Shown here: piece after piece, positions 10,651-22,184 of the stretch
Position numbering within the stretch: position 1 is the first letter of the stretch
Layout: each line of letters opens with the position of its first letter
Origin: Curvularia clavata
Taxonomy: Eukaryota
Assembly (NCBI GenBank): GCA_023920165.1
Contig: CP089280.1
Coordinates: 868,001-932,000, forward strand
Length of the DNA: 64,000 nt
Reading direction: 5' to 3'
Translations under genes and position numbers: made by a program
The notes under the pieces: generated by a model
Databases searched by the model: none
What the model was told of the DNA's origin: nothing
Seen by the model: the letters and a program-made list of their open reading frames with translations, nothing else

Positions 10651-12686
10651 ATGAGATATTCTTCCATATTCTCTGCTTCGGCACTCACTGGTGTCGCGAC
10701 TTGTATGTGACACATCCCAATCTCCTACGGAACGCTACTGATGCAGGTACAGCGTCTGTCCTTGGCCCTCGAGAAGCCAGTGTCGGTCCTCACTCCAACG
10801 CTCTTGAATCATGGAGGCGCGCCGCCCCACAAGCCCCCAATGGCTATGCTCCCGCTAAAGTAGATTGTCCTTCGACACGCCCAAGTATTCGGTCTGCCAA
10901 TAGCCTTTCCAACCAGGAGACAGAATGGCTTAAGAAGAGAAGGCCTAACACAATAGAGCCCATGCGCGCGTTCCTGGAGCGAGTCAAGATTGACGGGTTT
11001 GACGTCAGCAATTATTTTAACACCCACCGTGACAACACTACCGCGCTGCCAAACATTGCCCTCTCCTTCTCCGGAGGCGGATACCGTGCCTTGCTCAATG
11101 GCGCGGGCGCTCTGGCGGCATTTGATAACCGGACAGCCAACTCGACAAGTGCTGGTCAGTTGGGAGGCTTGTTGCAAGCAGCCACCTATGTCTCAGCATT
11201 GTCTGGCGGTGGATGGCTGATCGGAAGCATTTACGCCAACAATTTCACTTCCGTAGAAGCCATTACTAGCCAGGGCAACGACACTTCGATATGGCAATTC
11301 CAGAACTCGCTTTTCGAGGGACCGCCCACAGAGGGTATTCAGGTGCTCTCGACTGCGCAGTATTTTGAAAACCTAATCAGCACCGTCAACGACAAGGCTG
11401 ATTCAAATGCTGGTAATTTCAATACTTCCATCACGGATCTCTATGGGCGAGGCCTCTCGTTCCAGCTCATCAATGCAAGCGATGGAGCGCCTGCTTATAC
11501 CTTTTCTTCTATCCAGGATGGACCCGGATTTTCCACTGGAGACGCGCCGATGCCCATCCTGGTCGCAGATGAGCGTTCGCCTGGAGACCTGATCATCTCC
11601 CTCAACGCTACTGTCTTTGAGTTTAATCCTTACGAGATGGGCTCTTTCGATCCCACGACTTATGGCTTCGCCCCCTTGAAGTATATTGGCTCGAATTTTA
11701 GCCAAGGACAGCTTCCCCAGGATCAATCATGTATTGCCGGATTTGATAACCTTGGCTTTGTCATGGGGACGAGCAGTTCACTGTTCAACCAGATTTTCCT
11801 CACTTTGGACAGTTTCAATGTACCAGATATTGTGAAGAACTTAGCATCAAGTATCTTGACACGCATTGGGAGGGATTCAAATGACATTGCCGACTATACG
11901 CCCAACCCGTTCTATCAATATCATACCGAAACCAACCCCAGTGCCTCAAACAAGCGTCTTACGCTTGTAGATGGCGGTGAGGATCTCCAGAACATTCCTC
12001 TCAACCCAGTCATTCAGCCTGTGCGCCAGGTTGATGTCATCTTTGCTGTCGACTCCTCTGCCGACACCATTGAAGACAGTAACCCGTCCAAGAACTGGCC
12101 CAATGGTACTGCGCTAGTAGCCACCTATCAGCGTGCAAATACTCCAATCATGAACAGTACTTCTTTCCCTTACATTCCAGGTCAGGACACCTTCGTCGCT
12201 CTCGGCTTGAACAACCGTCCTGCCTTCTTTGGCTGTGACAGCAAGAACGTTACTAAGGGCAACAACATCCCTCCTCTGATTGTATACCTCCCCAATTCTC
12301 CTTACGTCTTCTGGTCAAACACATCGACGTTTGACAAACTCTCATACACTCTTGGAGAGCGTGCTGGCATGATCCAAAATGGCTACGATGTTGTAACCCA
12401 GGGCAACTCGACACGTCAGGGTGCTTCCAACTGGCCCACTTGTGTTGGATGCGCCATTCTCTCCAGGAGTCTAGAGCGCAACGGACAGGCAGTACCAGAA
12501 GTATGCCAGCAATGCTTCCAACAGTATTGCTGGAACGGCACTACGGTCGAGAAGTCAGCACCGTACGAGCCGCAAATGATTTTCCAACAAGTAAATGCAG
12601 AGAAGAACAGCGGTATGAGCAGCTTCATGCCTAACCTTTTTGCTCTTGCTCTGGCAGCAGCTGGTTCTGTTTATATGATGATGTAA
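10651..12686 (+). CDS. Lysophospholipase / phospholipase B, secreted and probably GPI-anchored; exons 10651-10702 and 10753-12686
   Basis: Signal exon MRYSSIFSASALTGVAT followed by a GTATGT..AG intron. SGGGYRA, LSGG serine motif, LVDGGED, WPNGT and a hydrophobic C-terminal tail. Confidence 0.9.
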
Positions 12687-13025
12687 ACCCTTGTATTAGA
12701 TTTGCATTTACGGGGGCCACGGCAGGTTTGCGATGTAATGGTAGTAGATTCCATGTTTCTCAGCATGAGATGCGATCATGATACCTTTTCCTATTTGTAT
12801 ATAGCAATTCAGCGTTCGACTCGTGTTTGAAAAAAATCTTGCTTAGCCTATGGAAAGTGACGCAGTACTGTACCATTTGCTGCGGCTCTTCGGTGGTTCG
12901 ACTTTGTCCCTGCATAAGCGGACTGAGGCGTGCCCCGCCATTACGCCTGTAGAAAAAAGTCGCGACCCCGCCACGCTCACTCTACGCCAACAGACCAAAT
13001 TTCAAACACCAAACCGACACACACA

Positions 13026-14768
13026 ATGGCCACCCCAGCTCTCGAGAGTGCGCCTGTACTCTCCACCCCCGATACGCATATATTCGAAGACCCGACTCCC
13101 GTTGTAGATCCGTCCAGTTTGCCCCGACTATCAGACGAGCAAGTTGCGCTCACATACGAGATTGAACGCACAGTAAGGGAGATACGAGAAGGACAATGGA
13201 AGAGGATTGCGTTGCAGTTTCCAGACCACATGCTTGGCGATGCACCAAGGGTGTATGAGCATTTGAGTCGAGGTCTGAGGAAAGAGCGTAAAGGGCAGAA
13301 TGGGAGTGTAGAGGAACAGAGTGGACAACCAGTGAACGATATGAAGGCGACGACTGTGGAAGATGATCTGAGCGCAGACTTGAGCAAGGCTAGGATACAG
13401 GAGGAGGCTTTCATGGAAGGGAAACTATTCATATTGGGCGATACGTCGTATGGAGCGTGCTGTGTAGACGAAGTGGCTGCCGAGCATGTTGACGCAGACG
13501 TTGTCGTGCACTATGGCCGTTCATGTCTCTCGCCACCGTCCAGGTTGCCAGTCATATACGTATTCACCGAAAGAGAACTCAATCTTGACGCTGCGATCGC
13601 CACATTCAAGGAAACATACCCAGAAAAAGATCAAAAGGTGGTTTTGATGGCGGATATCCCCTACTCGCACCATATTCCAAGCCTGTACCAAAGTCTCTGC
13701 AATGACGGGTACACGAATCTCTTCGCTACGGAAATCGTACACAAGCCGTCTTCGCTGCTACCAAACCGAACTGTTCCACAGGACGTACAGGAAAAAGGAG
13801 AGGAGGCACTGCGCGACTATGCTCTATTCCATATTGCCGATCCACCAACGTCACTCCTCCTCGCTCTCTCTTCTCGTGTAGCCTCAATACACATCTACCC
13901 CGCAACGACAGCGACAGAGGCCTCTCCCTCTGGCCCTGCCTCTCTGGCCAGCACAGCGCAAACCCTTCGCCGACGCTACGCCCTCCTCACCTCGCTCTCC
14001 ACAACCCCAATCTTTGGCATCCTTATCAATACTCTCTCTGTAAAGAACTACATGCACATCCTCTCACACGTGCAGCAGCAAATTGCCACCGCCGGTAAGA
14101 AGTCCTACACCTTTGTCGTAGGCAAAGTCAACGCGGCCAAAGTAGCCAATTTCAGCGAAATTGGCGGTTGGGTCGTGATTGGGTGCTGGGAAAGCAGTTT
14201 GATCGAGAGCCGTGAGTTCTGGCGGCCGATGATTACTCCCTGGGAGCTGGGCATTGCGTTGAAGGGTGATGCAGAGAGGGTGTGGACGGGGGCATGGGAG
14301 CCGGATTTCCAGAAGGTACTTGATGAAGAAAAAGACAGGAAGGAGACGGAAGAAGCGGGTGTTGTCGATGAGAACGAGAAGGGCGATGAAAATGACTCTG
14401 CGGAGTTTGATTCAGAAGAGGAATCAGAACCCCCAGAGTTTGATCTCCGAACAGGTCAATATGTCTCGCATGCTCGTCCTATGCGCCCGACGGCTGCCTC
14501 GAAAGCTGTTGCCAATGGTCAGGAAGCGCCATCGTCTAGCTCCGCGCTGACGAAACGTGCAAACGGAGATATTGCTGCTGTCGGTGGTGTTGCGTCGCCC
14601 GGCGCGGAGTATCTGCGCTCAAATCGAACATGGCAGGGCCTAGGCAGCGATTATCAGGAACAAGATGGAGAGCAAGGCACTGGGGGTGCGAGAGCGGCAA
14701 AGATGGAAGAAGGCAGAAGTGGTATTGCAAGAGGCTATGTTGTTGGAAATGAGGGCACAAAACATTAA
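13026..14768 (+). CDS. DPH2: Diphthamide biosynthesis protein 2
   Basis: RIALQFPD, ILGDTSYGACCVDEVAAEH, VVHYGRSCLSP, VVGKVNAAKVANF, RTWQGLGSD and EGRSGIARGY. Confidence 0.92.
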   Translation: MATPALESAPVLSTPDTHIFEDPTPVVDPSSLPRLSDEQVALTYEIERTVREIREGQWKRIALQFPDHMLGDAPRVYEHLSRGLRKERKGQNGSVEEQSGQPVNDMKATTVEDDLSADLSKARIQEEAFMEGKLFILGDTSYGACCVDEVAAEHVDADVVVHYGRSCLSPPSRLPVIYVFTERELNLDAAIATFKETYPEKDQKVVLMADIPYSHHIPSLYQSLCNDGYTNLFATEIVHKPSSLLPNRTVPQDVQEKGEEALRDYALFHIADPPTSLLLALSSRVASIHIYPATTATEASPSGPASLASTAQTLRRRYALLTSLSTTPIFGILINTLSVKNYMHILSHVQQQIATAGKKSYTFVVGKVNAAKVANFSEIGGWVVIGCWESSLIESREFWRPMITPWELGIALKGDAERVWTGAWEPDFQKVLDEEKDRKETEEAGVVDENEKGDENDSAEFDSEEESEPPEFDLRTGQYVSHARPMRPTAASKAVANGQEAPSSSSALTKRANGDIAAVGGVASPGAEYLRSNRTWQGLGSDYQEQDGEQGTGGARAAKMEEGRSGIARGYVVGNEGTKH

Positions 14769-14968
14769 CGGCAATGACGAGATGGAGAGAAAGTAAACGT
14801 TTTCGCTATAGAAACATTTTTGCACATGTACTATTCTTCACACCGGCCACTGCACCGGAAAATGAAAAAGTTAGTTGAATCATTCATATCGTTGACCGAA
14901 CATTGTCGTTTAATTTCGTTGTCATATCTATCATCAGCGCCATCTTACACTAGTCGAGGAAAACCCCT

Positions 14969-16665
14969 TTACCGCATACCGAGTGCAACCCGAGCCCAGG
15001 CCGTTTCCATATCTTCCACCAAGATGAGAAAATCCTCGTTCTCAAGATGGCGGAAGATGAACTCGTTAAGCGCTGCCCTACGTCCTTCGTCAGTTTGCGT
15101 CGCATACGCTGCTAGACGATCGGCGTCGTCGGTTCCAATTGTAGAACTGCTAGCACCAGGTGCATTCAAGATTGGGTGGCTAGCTCCTGGTATGGCAAGA
15201 GAATGATGACGATGCTCCAGCATGGATCCTTGTAGATTCTCAGCCTTGCTACCTGGCATATTGTGGGTTTGTGGCGATGTCAAAGCAGGGGGGCTTGATT
15301 CCTTGGATGTTAGTGGAAAAGACGATAAAGCGCTGAATAGCGGCTCGTTTTCAAGACGAATGGCGGGGGACGTCTTTATGCGCTGGAATGAGCACGGATC
15401 TTGGTTTGGGGTACGAGGGGTTTGCTGCATTTCACTGTCCGACTTGTTGATCACAGTGGGTTGTGGTAGCGGTGGCAGTTCGATATCCTTGGTTCTGGAA
15501 CTACGACTGGAGCCAGGCCGTTGCACAGCTGAGCGTGGCAAGGCAGGAGGACCCATCGTTCCGGTTAAGGGCCGATCAGAACTTCGCCCAGTGTCACTTC
15601 CTGACGATGAAAGGCGTTGGAAAGGGAGTTCTCGTCGTGGCGGCAGCATTTCTGAGGTTCCTGGTCGATCGAGAAGCATCGCTGTCTCTGGACGGTCGGT
15701 GAATACTGGTGGCGCCACTTCAACTGTAGAAATGTGCTGTTTTGGTGAGGAGGCATTGTTATAGTTAGGACCCAGTATGTCGGCCGTTGCAGAAGGCGGC
15801 CGAGGGAAGACTACTGGTGGGTTTAGAGGACCAGAAAAAGAAGCAGAAATAAAAGCATCTCCTCGGTTAGAGCCGAACAAGGCAGAAGAGGGACGACTGT
15901 GCGCAGCTTCATGCAGTTGAGGTTTGAAGGGTGCAGGTGCATCAAAGGCTGTATGAGGTCGACTGGAGATCTCTGCTAGTCGTGATGGAGGACATGACAG
16001 GCTGCTTCCTATGGCAGTGCTGCTAGCCGGCTGCTCAGGAGATGTAGCAGCTTTCTGGCCTGGCTGGGCAGACGGGGTTGGAGCTGGCCCACGTGATGGA
16101 TTCGAGGTAGAGCCATGTTCGCTCATGCGAAGACCGATCTGATGCAGGCGATTGAATGCCGTATCGAAGTCTTTGTCCGACTTGAATTTGACTTGAATAC
16201 GACGGACCTATAGAGACCATTAGACCCCTTTGATATCGCAAATGGTCTGCGATTACCTTATGGCTGGGCAGCTGCCATCGGATAGCAAGCAAAGGGGTGC
16301 GGACAATGGCGGAAATTGGTAGCTGGTCGGCCTGCATCTGTACTCCACGACCCTGCATTTGGCGAATCAGTTCCTCACCTTCCTTTACAAATTGTTCTAT
16401 CTCTATAAGGTGCTGCATATACGATGTTAGTACGTGTGTCGTAGACAGGCGGTTAGTAACTCTGGATTAGAGGGCATCAGCCACGTATGTCTCGTACCCG
16501 AACTCGCGTGCCCTGAACTATTTTGATAAGCTGATTATTGTCGCGTCCGCCGTAGCTGTCAATGACAAATGTGAGATCATGTGTTTCTTTCTGCCAGGTG
16601 AACTTCTGCTGGTCGGCATCCGCGTCCTGAGCCGTGGACAGGCTTCCCAGCGGAAGTGATAGCAT
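14969..16665 (-). CDS. Probable meiotic DSB factor REC114/Rec7-like, about 520 aa; exons 16665-16498, 16412-16257, 16207-14969
   Basis: Two phase-0 GT..AG introns with CTAAC/CTAAT branch sites join three frames. The N-terminal PH-like region has VRRIQVKF..DF, followed by a disordered S/P linker and C-terminal LNEFIFRHLENEDFLILVEDMETAW. Confidence 0.65.
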
Positions 16666-17021
16666 GGTTAGTCGTGTTCGTTAGTGACGATGAACTATTT
16701 CATGAAGCGAAAGCCTCTGGAAATTTCAAAATGGGTTCAATTAATCATAGCGGACCGAGCCACAGACGGGTGGTGATGGTAAGGTGTGCGATGTGTTGAG
16801 GAAGTCGCGACTCTGGGATGGTCACATGACCTTGACGCTAGATCAACGCGAGGCAGCCGGTGCATTCTAGAGTTCTGGTGTTCGCTCATCCATCATCGCG
16901 ACCGACGCGCGCCGCGCATTCACGAATAAACCCGCCATTGCGCATGTCGCACCGCTCGAACAACCACGCATGTATCCCGATTCGTGCCTCCGTAGTCCCT
17001 AGTGAGCGCGACAGTCGCAAC

Positions 17022-20000
17022 ATGGCCCCGAACAAAACAGAGGATACATCCGTCGACTCTACCCACGAACGGGAAGACTTTCTGAATACCTTGGCCGAAT
17101 ACCACGAGAAGCGCGGGTGCGTCATCTAGTCCGTCGCCGTGCAACGGGCGCGCGCATATTGACCAGACGTGTAGGACTGTGTTGGATCGGGAGCCGAAGA
17201 TCGGAAACCGTCACATCGACCTCTGGCGCCTCTACAAACGTGTGAATGAGGAGGGAGGATACGACAAGGTTTCAGATACCAAGAATAACAAGCTTGCGTG
17301 GCGCAGAATCGCATCTGAGTTTCTTCCCAAAAGCCCTAGTATAACAACCCAGGCCTTTCTGGTCAAGACCGTTTACTACAAGAACCTTGCGTATGTACAA
17401 GCGTTTGCACCTTACCTCACCGCTCACCAGAGCTGACGTGTGAATTAGCGCATACGAAATATCTACAGTTCACCAGCGAGAACCCCCGCCACCCGAAATC
17501 CTCGAAAACGTGTCTGCCAAGGGTGGAGACCTTCTGAACCGTACCATTGACAACTTCCACCCGCCTAGTAGCCGGGAAGCTGAGCGGCTAAGAGGAGAAG
17601 AGGATTCAGAAGAAGAAGACGACACTGAGAAAACCCCCAAAGAAGACAAGATGGAGGTCGACGATGCCAACAACCTTGGACGGTCGACACGCTCCCTCCG
17701 GCATGCGCCGCCTCAGCGACAGCTTTTCCAGCCTGAAGCCTCGACTCGCCAGACTCGTCAGTCTACGGGCCATCTGAACTCGTCGCAAGCCAACGGCTAT
17801 GGTACTAGCGGTGCCGCCATGACGATTGCGAACTACGAGCCGCGGACGGCTGTGCCAGCTACCATGAAACCCGTCATAACCCCGTCAAACGCTCTCGACA
17901 CATACGTACAGTCGCGCAAGAAGTATATTCTCAACAAGAAGAACAGGCCCGTGCCGCTCAAGGGCATGATGCTGCCTGGTACCGGTTTCCCTGGACCTAG
18001 CATCTACATTCGTGCACTCAATGCGCTGCGCTCCAAGGAGCCTGAGGAGGAGGCGTACGCTCTTCACCACCTGGTCAAGATTTCCCACGAGCGGGGTGAC
18101 AAGTATCGGTTCGACCAATTTCCAGGGCTTGCAGAAGCGCTCATAGCCAAAGTCATTGATGTGGGAGCGCTCTTCTACGATGTGAACTGGGAAATTTCTT
18201 ATCTTGAAGAGGAGTTCAGCAACCCACAGACCTTAAATGGGCTATCTGGCACTCACGACCTCGTCGAGCGTATTCGCTCTCTCCAGACGCTCGACATCCA
18301 CGACAGTCTTCTTCCTGAACAGACGGCAAAGTCGCTCAACATGATCAACGAGGCAGCATTGATTATCCGGAACATGGTCATGCTGAAGGAGAATGCTCTG
18401 TTTGCTGCCCTTGTGCCCTCCGTACAGGACATGATCGTCATCATTCTCAACCTACCCATGCATTCTTCTGTAGTAGAGCTGCAGCATTACGCCCTTGAGA
18501 TTGCCGAGCAGTTGACGAAATACTGGATGCTGGATTCACAGAGCCCATTGTATCGTTCTCTGCTAGCACAGATTGACTCGGACGATCGTGGTCGGATCAT
18601 TACCTCTTTGAGAGCACTTGCACGGATAGCTATGAATCTTGATGCTACCAACAAGCTTTCAAAAGTACCGACCAAGACTTTGAGATCAATCTGCGATTGG
18701 CTCCTCGTAGAAGATGAAGATCTCCGCATAGCTTGCCTAGACTTTCTCTACCTGTTCACTGGGTTCCCGGACAATGTTGAAACCCTTGTGCACGAAGTAG
18801 ATGTTGAGGGTGTCATTAAACAATTGGTGCGGCTGCTGCAGTATGGTGCAATCGCTTACGAGGAACGTCGGACTACGCCAAAGACTACAAAATCATCACC
18901 TCCTCCAGAAAATGCACCAAAACTATCATCCGCTATCATTGATCATTTGGTTACTCTAGATGAACCTGAACGAAGCTCCCAATGGCTCAAGACGTGCTTT
19001 GAGGAGGACCACGCGGGCGAAATCACGCAGATTCAACTCTGGTCGGCCTATAACGCAGCCTTCTCGGAACACATGACGCGTAATCCAGCCTCTTTCAAAG
19101 CTCTCATGCCAGCGAAGGATTTTATCACGAACGTATCAACTACCTTTGGTGGTGCATCTGCCCAAGTGTTGACAGTAGGTGGGCAACCAAAGTATACTAT
19201 TCGAGGCATCCGGCCGCGTTCTGTGCCAGTCGATCCAAACACGAAGAGGCCATATATGCGCTGCTGCTGGCATCCACCGAGCTTGTTGAACGGTCACACA
19301 GATGACAAGCATTCCACTGCCAATGTCGAATGCGGCGAATATGCGTCTGGTGCACGATCTATGTGGGAACACGTTGTCAGCACGCATCTTCAAGTTCCTC
19401 GTGATCAGGAGACAGGTCAATGGTTGCTTGAGCCCAAGCCGGACATCGACATGAAGAATGGAGACGCAGTGTCGGCAGCTCCACCTTCCAAGTACTTTTG
19501 TCACTGGGGTGGCTGTACACGCTTCTGGCCCAATGGTACCGAATCTGCGTTTGAAGCTGGACAGCATCTTAAGACACATCTGCCAGATACCAGCATCAAG
19601 CATGCTATTCACGCAAAGCACAATCGAACACCGTCAGAGTCTCGGCCCTTGACATCTTCTTCTCAGATGCGACACGAGAGCCTCCAGCCGCAATTCGGAC
19701 AACCTGCGGGATTGAGCAGCTTGGGCATGAGCGGCCGACCTCAGACGTCAACTAGCTCTGTCAGCAGAAGTGCCTCTGGTAGAGAGGATGTTCCAGGTCC
19801 TCAATCAATGCCGAACTTCCGTTACTATAACACAGCTACGGATGAGACCAATGATGCTGCGGGTCTTCCTCTATCTTCTGTGCTCGTCCTCCGAAATCTT
19901 GCTCGTCAGCTCAACAAGATTCCGCCGCCGGCCTCTGTCACCGAAATTCTATCACCGTCATCTCCAAATCACAAGCGTACATTTAGTGCTAGCGAGGGCA

Positions 20001-20239
20001 GTCCTGAAGCCGCGAGACGAGCTACGACCAGCGGGAAGAAGCCGCGTCTCAGCGATGCAGTAGCCGAGCAAAGACGGGAGAACGAAGAGAGAGAAGAGCA
20101 AGAAGCGAAGAACGCAGGCTGGGTCGCGCGCATGTTCACGCCTTTGAGAGATCAAATTGCTTTCACAGCGAGTCATAATCTTACGCTTAGGAACTACATT
20201 GGCGGACTGCTCAAGGCTATCGCCGAGGGTGGAGGCTAG
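17022..20239 (+). CDS. RSC9: RSC chromatin-remodelling subunit Rsc9 (ARID, ARM-like and RFX-like winged-helix regions); exons 17022-17116, 17175-17390, 17449-20239
   Basis: ARID segment IDLWRLYKRVNEEGGYDKVS..WRRIA..YYKNLAAYEI. RFX-like WLKTCFEED..EITQIQLWSAY..FITNVSTTF..KYTIRGIRPR. C-terminal C2H2-like motifs. Confidence 0.85.
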
Positions 20240-21904
20240 CCACGTCGGATTTTTTTCCAAAGACCTATGGGTAGCAAACATTTGGCGTTCTAATGGGGAA
20301 AGTGCTGCATTACTGTGTTGTGCAAAGCGTTATATGGGGTGTGTTTGGAGTTTCTACCCGTTTATGTAGAGCAAGACTTGAGTGCCTTGGGCTCCTTTTC
20401 TCAGGTTTTTTTCGGTCATGGACGGTTGGTCAGTTGAAAGATTATTAATCGCATGGATTTTCAATCGTATTTTTATACCATTTGATATCAGTTCACTTGT
20501 GAATGGTGATGGCAGTGTCAGAGTCAAATGTAGTGCAAGACTTTCAAGAAATCCTGGATGTGACAAGCTGATGTAGAAGAAAAGAATATGGGTGTCGTTG
20601 CTAGTATTTTCTCTAAGTTATAATAATAGTGAACTTGCTCTAGTTTGGCGTGTCTCTCTGTGACGGGGTGTGTAAAAACATTAGAAAAAGACTCAACATC
20701 AACACACAATACATGTTTTCACTTCAGGTATGTAGAAAATAGCTCGTTCTAACAATCTTTTGCTTTACAAAGCTAACCTCTCTGCCTCATGCTCAAATTT
20801 TCCCGCCCCTTATCTCAACAACACCACTGTCACCGGAATATTTGCCTGTTCCGCACGTACAATCTTATCATTAACTCACCGCCTCTACAACAACCCCCCA
20901 ACCCTCACCTCAACAGCAAAACAACTTGCAACTCACACAGTCTACCCCCTCTCAGCAATACGCTCTATCTAACTTACAAAACTTCGCCCACGATGTTCAC
21001 TAACCGCGCAGTCCCGAATCCACCCATCATCCGCGTACGCCAAAAAAAGCAAAACTCAACTTTAGACCCACGAAACCCGTTGGGTCCCCATCCTCCCTCA
21101 AAACGCACGTCATCGCACCTACGCCGCCAGGCGAAAATGCAGCATGTGCTATGCTAACACCTGCGCCTACATGCCTGTACGTATACTGTACATGTATGTA
21201 CGCAGTGACTTATTGAGCTTAGTCTCTCTATGGCTACCCTACACCCACGCATGCACGCAATATCAGATGTGTATGTACGTATAATTTGGGCAATTGCGGT
21301 GTACATGCATATGCCATATGTATGCCGCTTACCTACATGCGCGCATAATCAGTATTTGCGCTTACTACGACTGATATTGTGGTTGTATTTGCCACTGGAG
21401 CTGGAAGCGTCTCAAGGGACTAGCGGGTATGTACATGTATGCAATGCAAGCAATCGAACGATGCAGAGTCTAGTATTCGTGTCCCACCGGAAGGGGAAGG
21501 TTGCTTTTTTGTACCATGTAGGCCTGGTTTGCTTTTTGGGGGTGTATGTACGCACACCCTGGAAGGAGGGGTCAGTAGAGGGGTCGATAGGAAGGGAGAA
21601 ATGGCCGGTGCGAGGTAACACTGGGTTTCTGGAAGGGGTAAGCGCTGGGGAAGAGAGAAAAAGTAAGGGTATAGATAGGGGTGGGTGGTTGGTAAGAAAA
21701 GAGACACCGAGATCCAACCGTATACCGACAACAGTAGTTCTTTGAAACTCCGCACTAGAAATCCCCATCTACCCGCCCGGTTTCATACGTTCGTTTTCCT
21801 GACTTTCTTTTCTTCATGGCGGGTAGAACAAGAAGTAAGAAGCAAGGTACATCACATAGTGTGGAATACCGCTAGAAGCAACAAAACTACCTTCTTGCTC
21901 GAAT

Positions 21905-21928
21905 CTGGTACTGGTACTGGTACTGGTA
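21905..21928. repeat. (CTGGTA)4 microsatellite
   Basis: Direct read. Confidence 0.85.
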
Positions 21929-22162
21929 CCTGGGAAACAAGAGTAGCCCCACCCCATTGATTCCATTTCCTTGGCTAATAGAAAGCCCTGCTCGGAAACG
22001 CCCGCTCTACATACATTACGTCTTGCCCTGCGCGCGTGCCCTGCTTGTCGCTACGCTACGGCTAGCACCCGTACTACCATCTCTCCCGGAAAATCCGCTT
22101 ATGCCAGGTAAAGAACAAGAAAACAACGCAGGGCGAGGAAACAACTACCCCATTTACTAAGT

Positions 22163-22184
22163 CGATCGATCGATCGATCGATCG
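22163..22184. repeat. (CGAT)5.5 self-complementary microsatellite
   Basis: Direct read: cgatcgatcgatcgatcgatcg. Confidence 0.85.

Noticed and set aside
4296..12686. 2OG oxygenase, esterase and phospholipase as a possible secondary-metabolite cluster
   Set aside because: No PKS, NRPS or terpene backbone gene, no adjacent cluster regulator or transporter, and the flanks are housekeeping genes.
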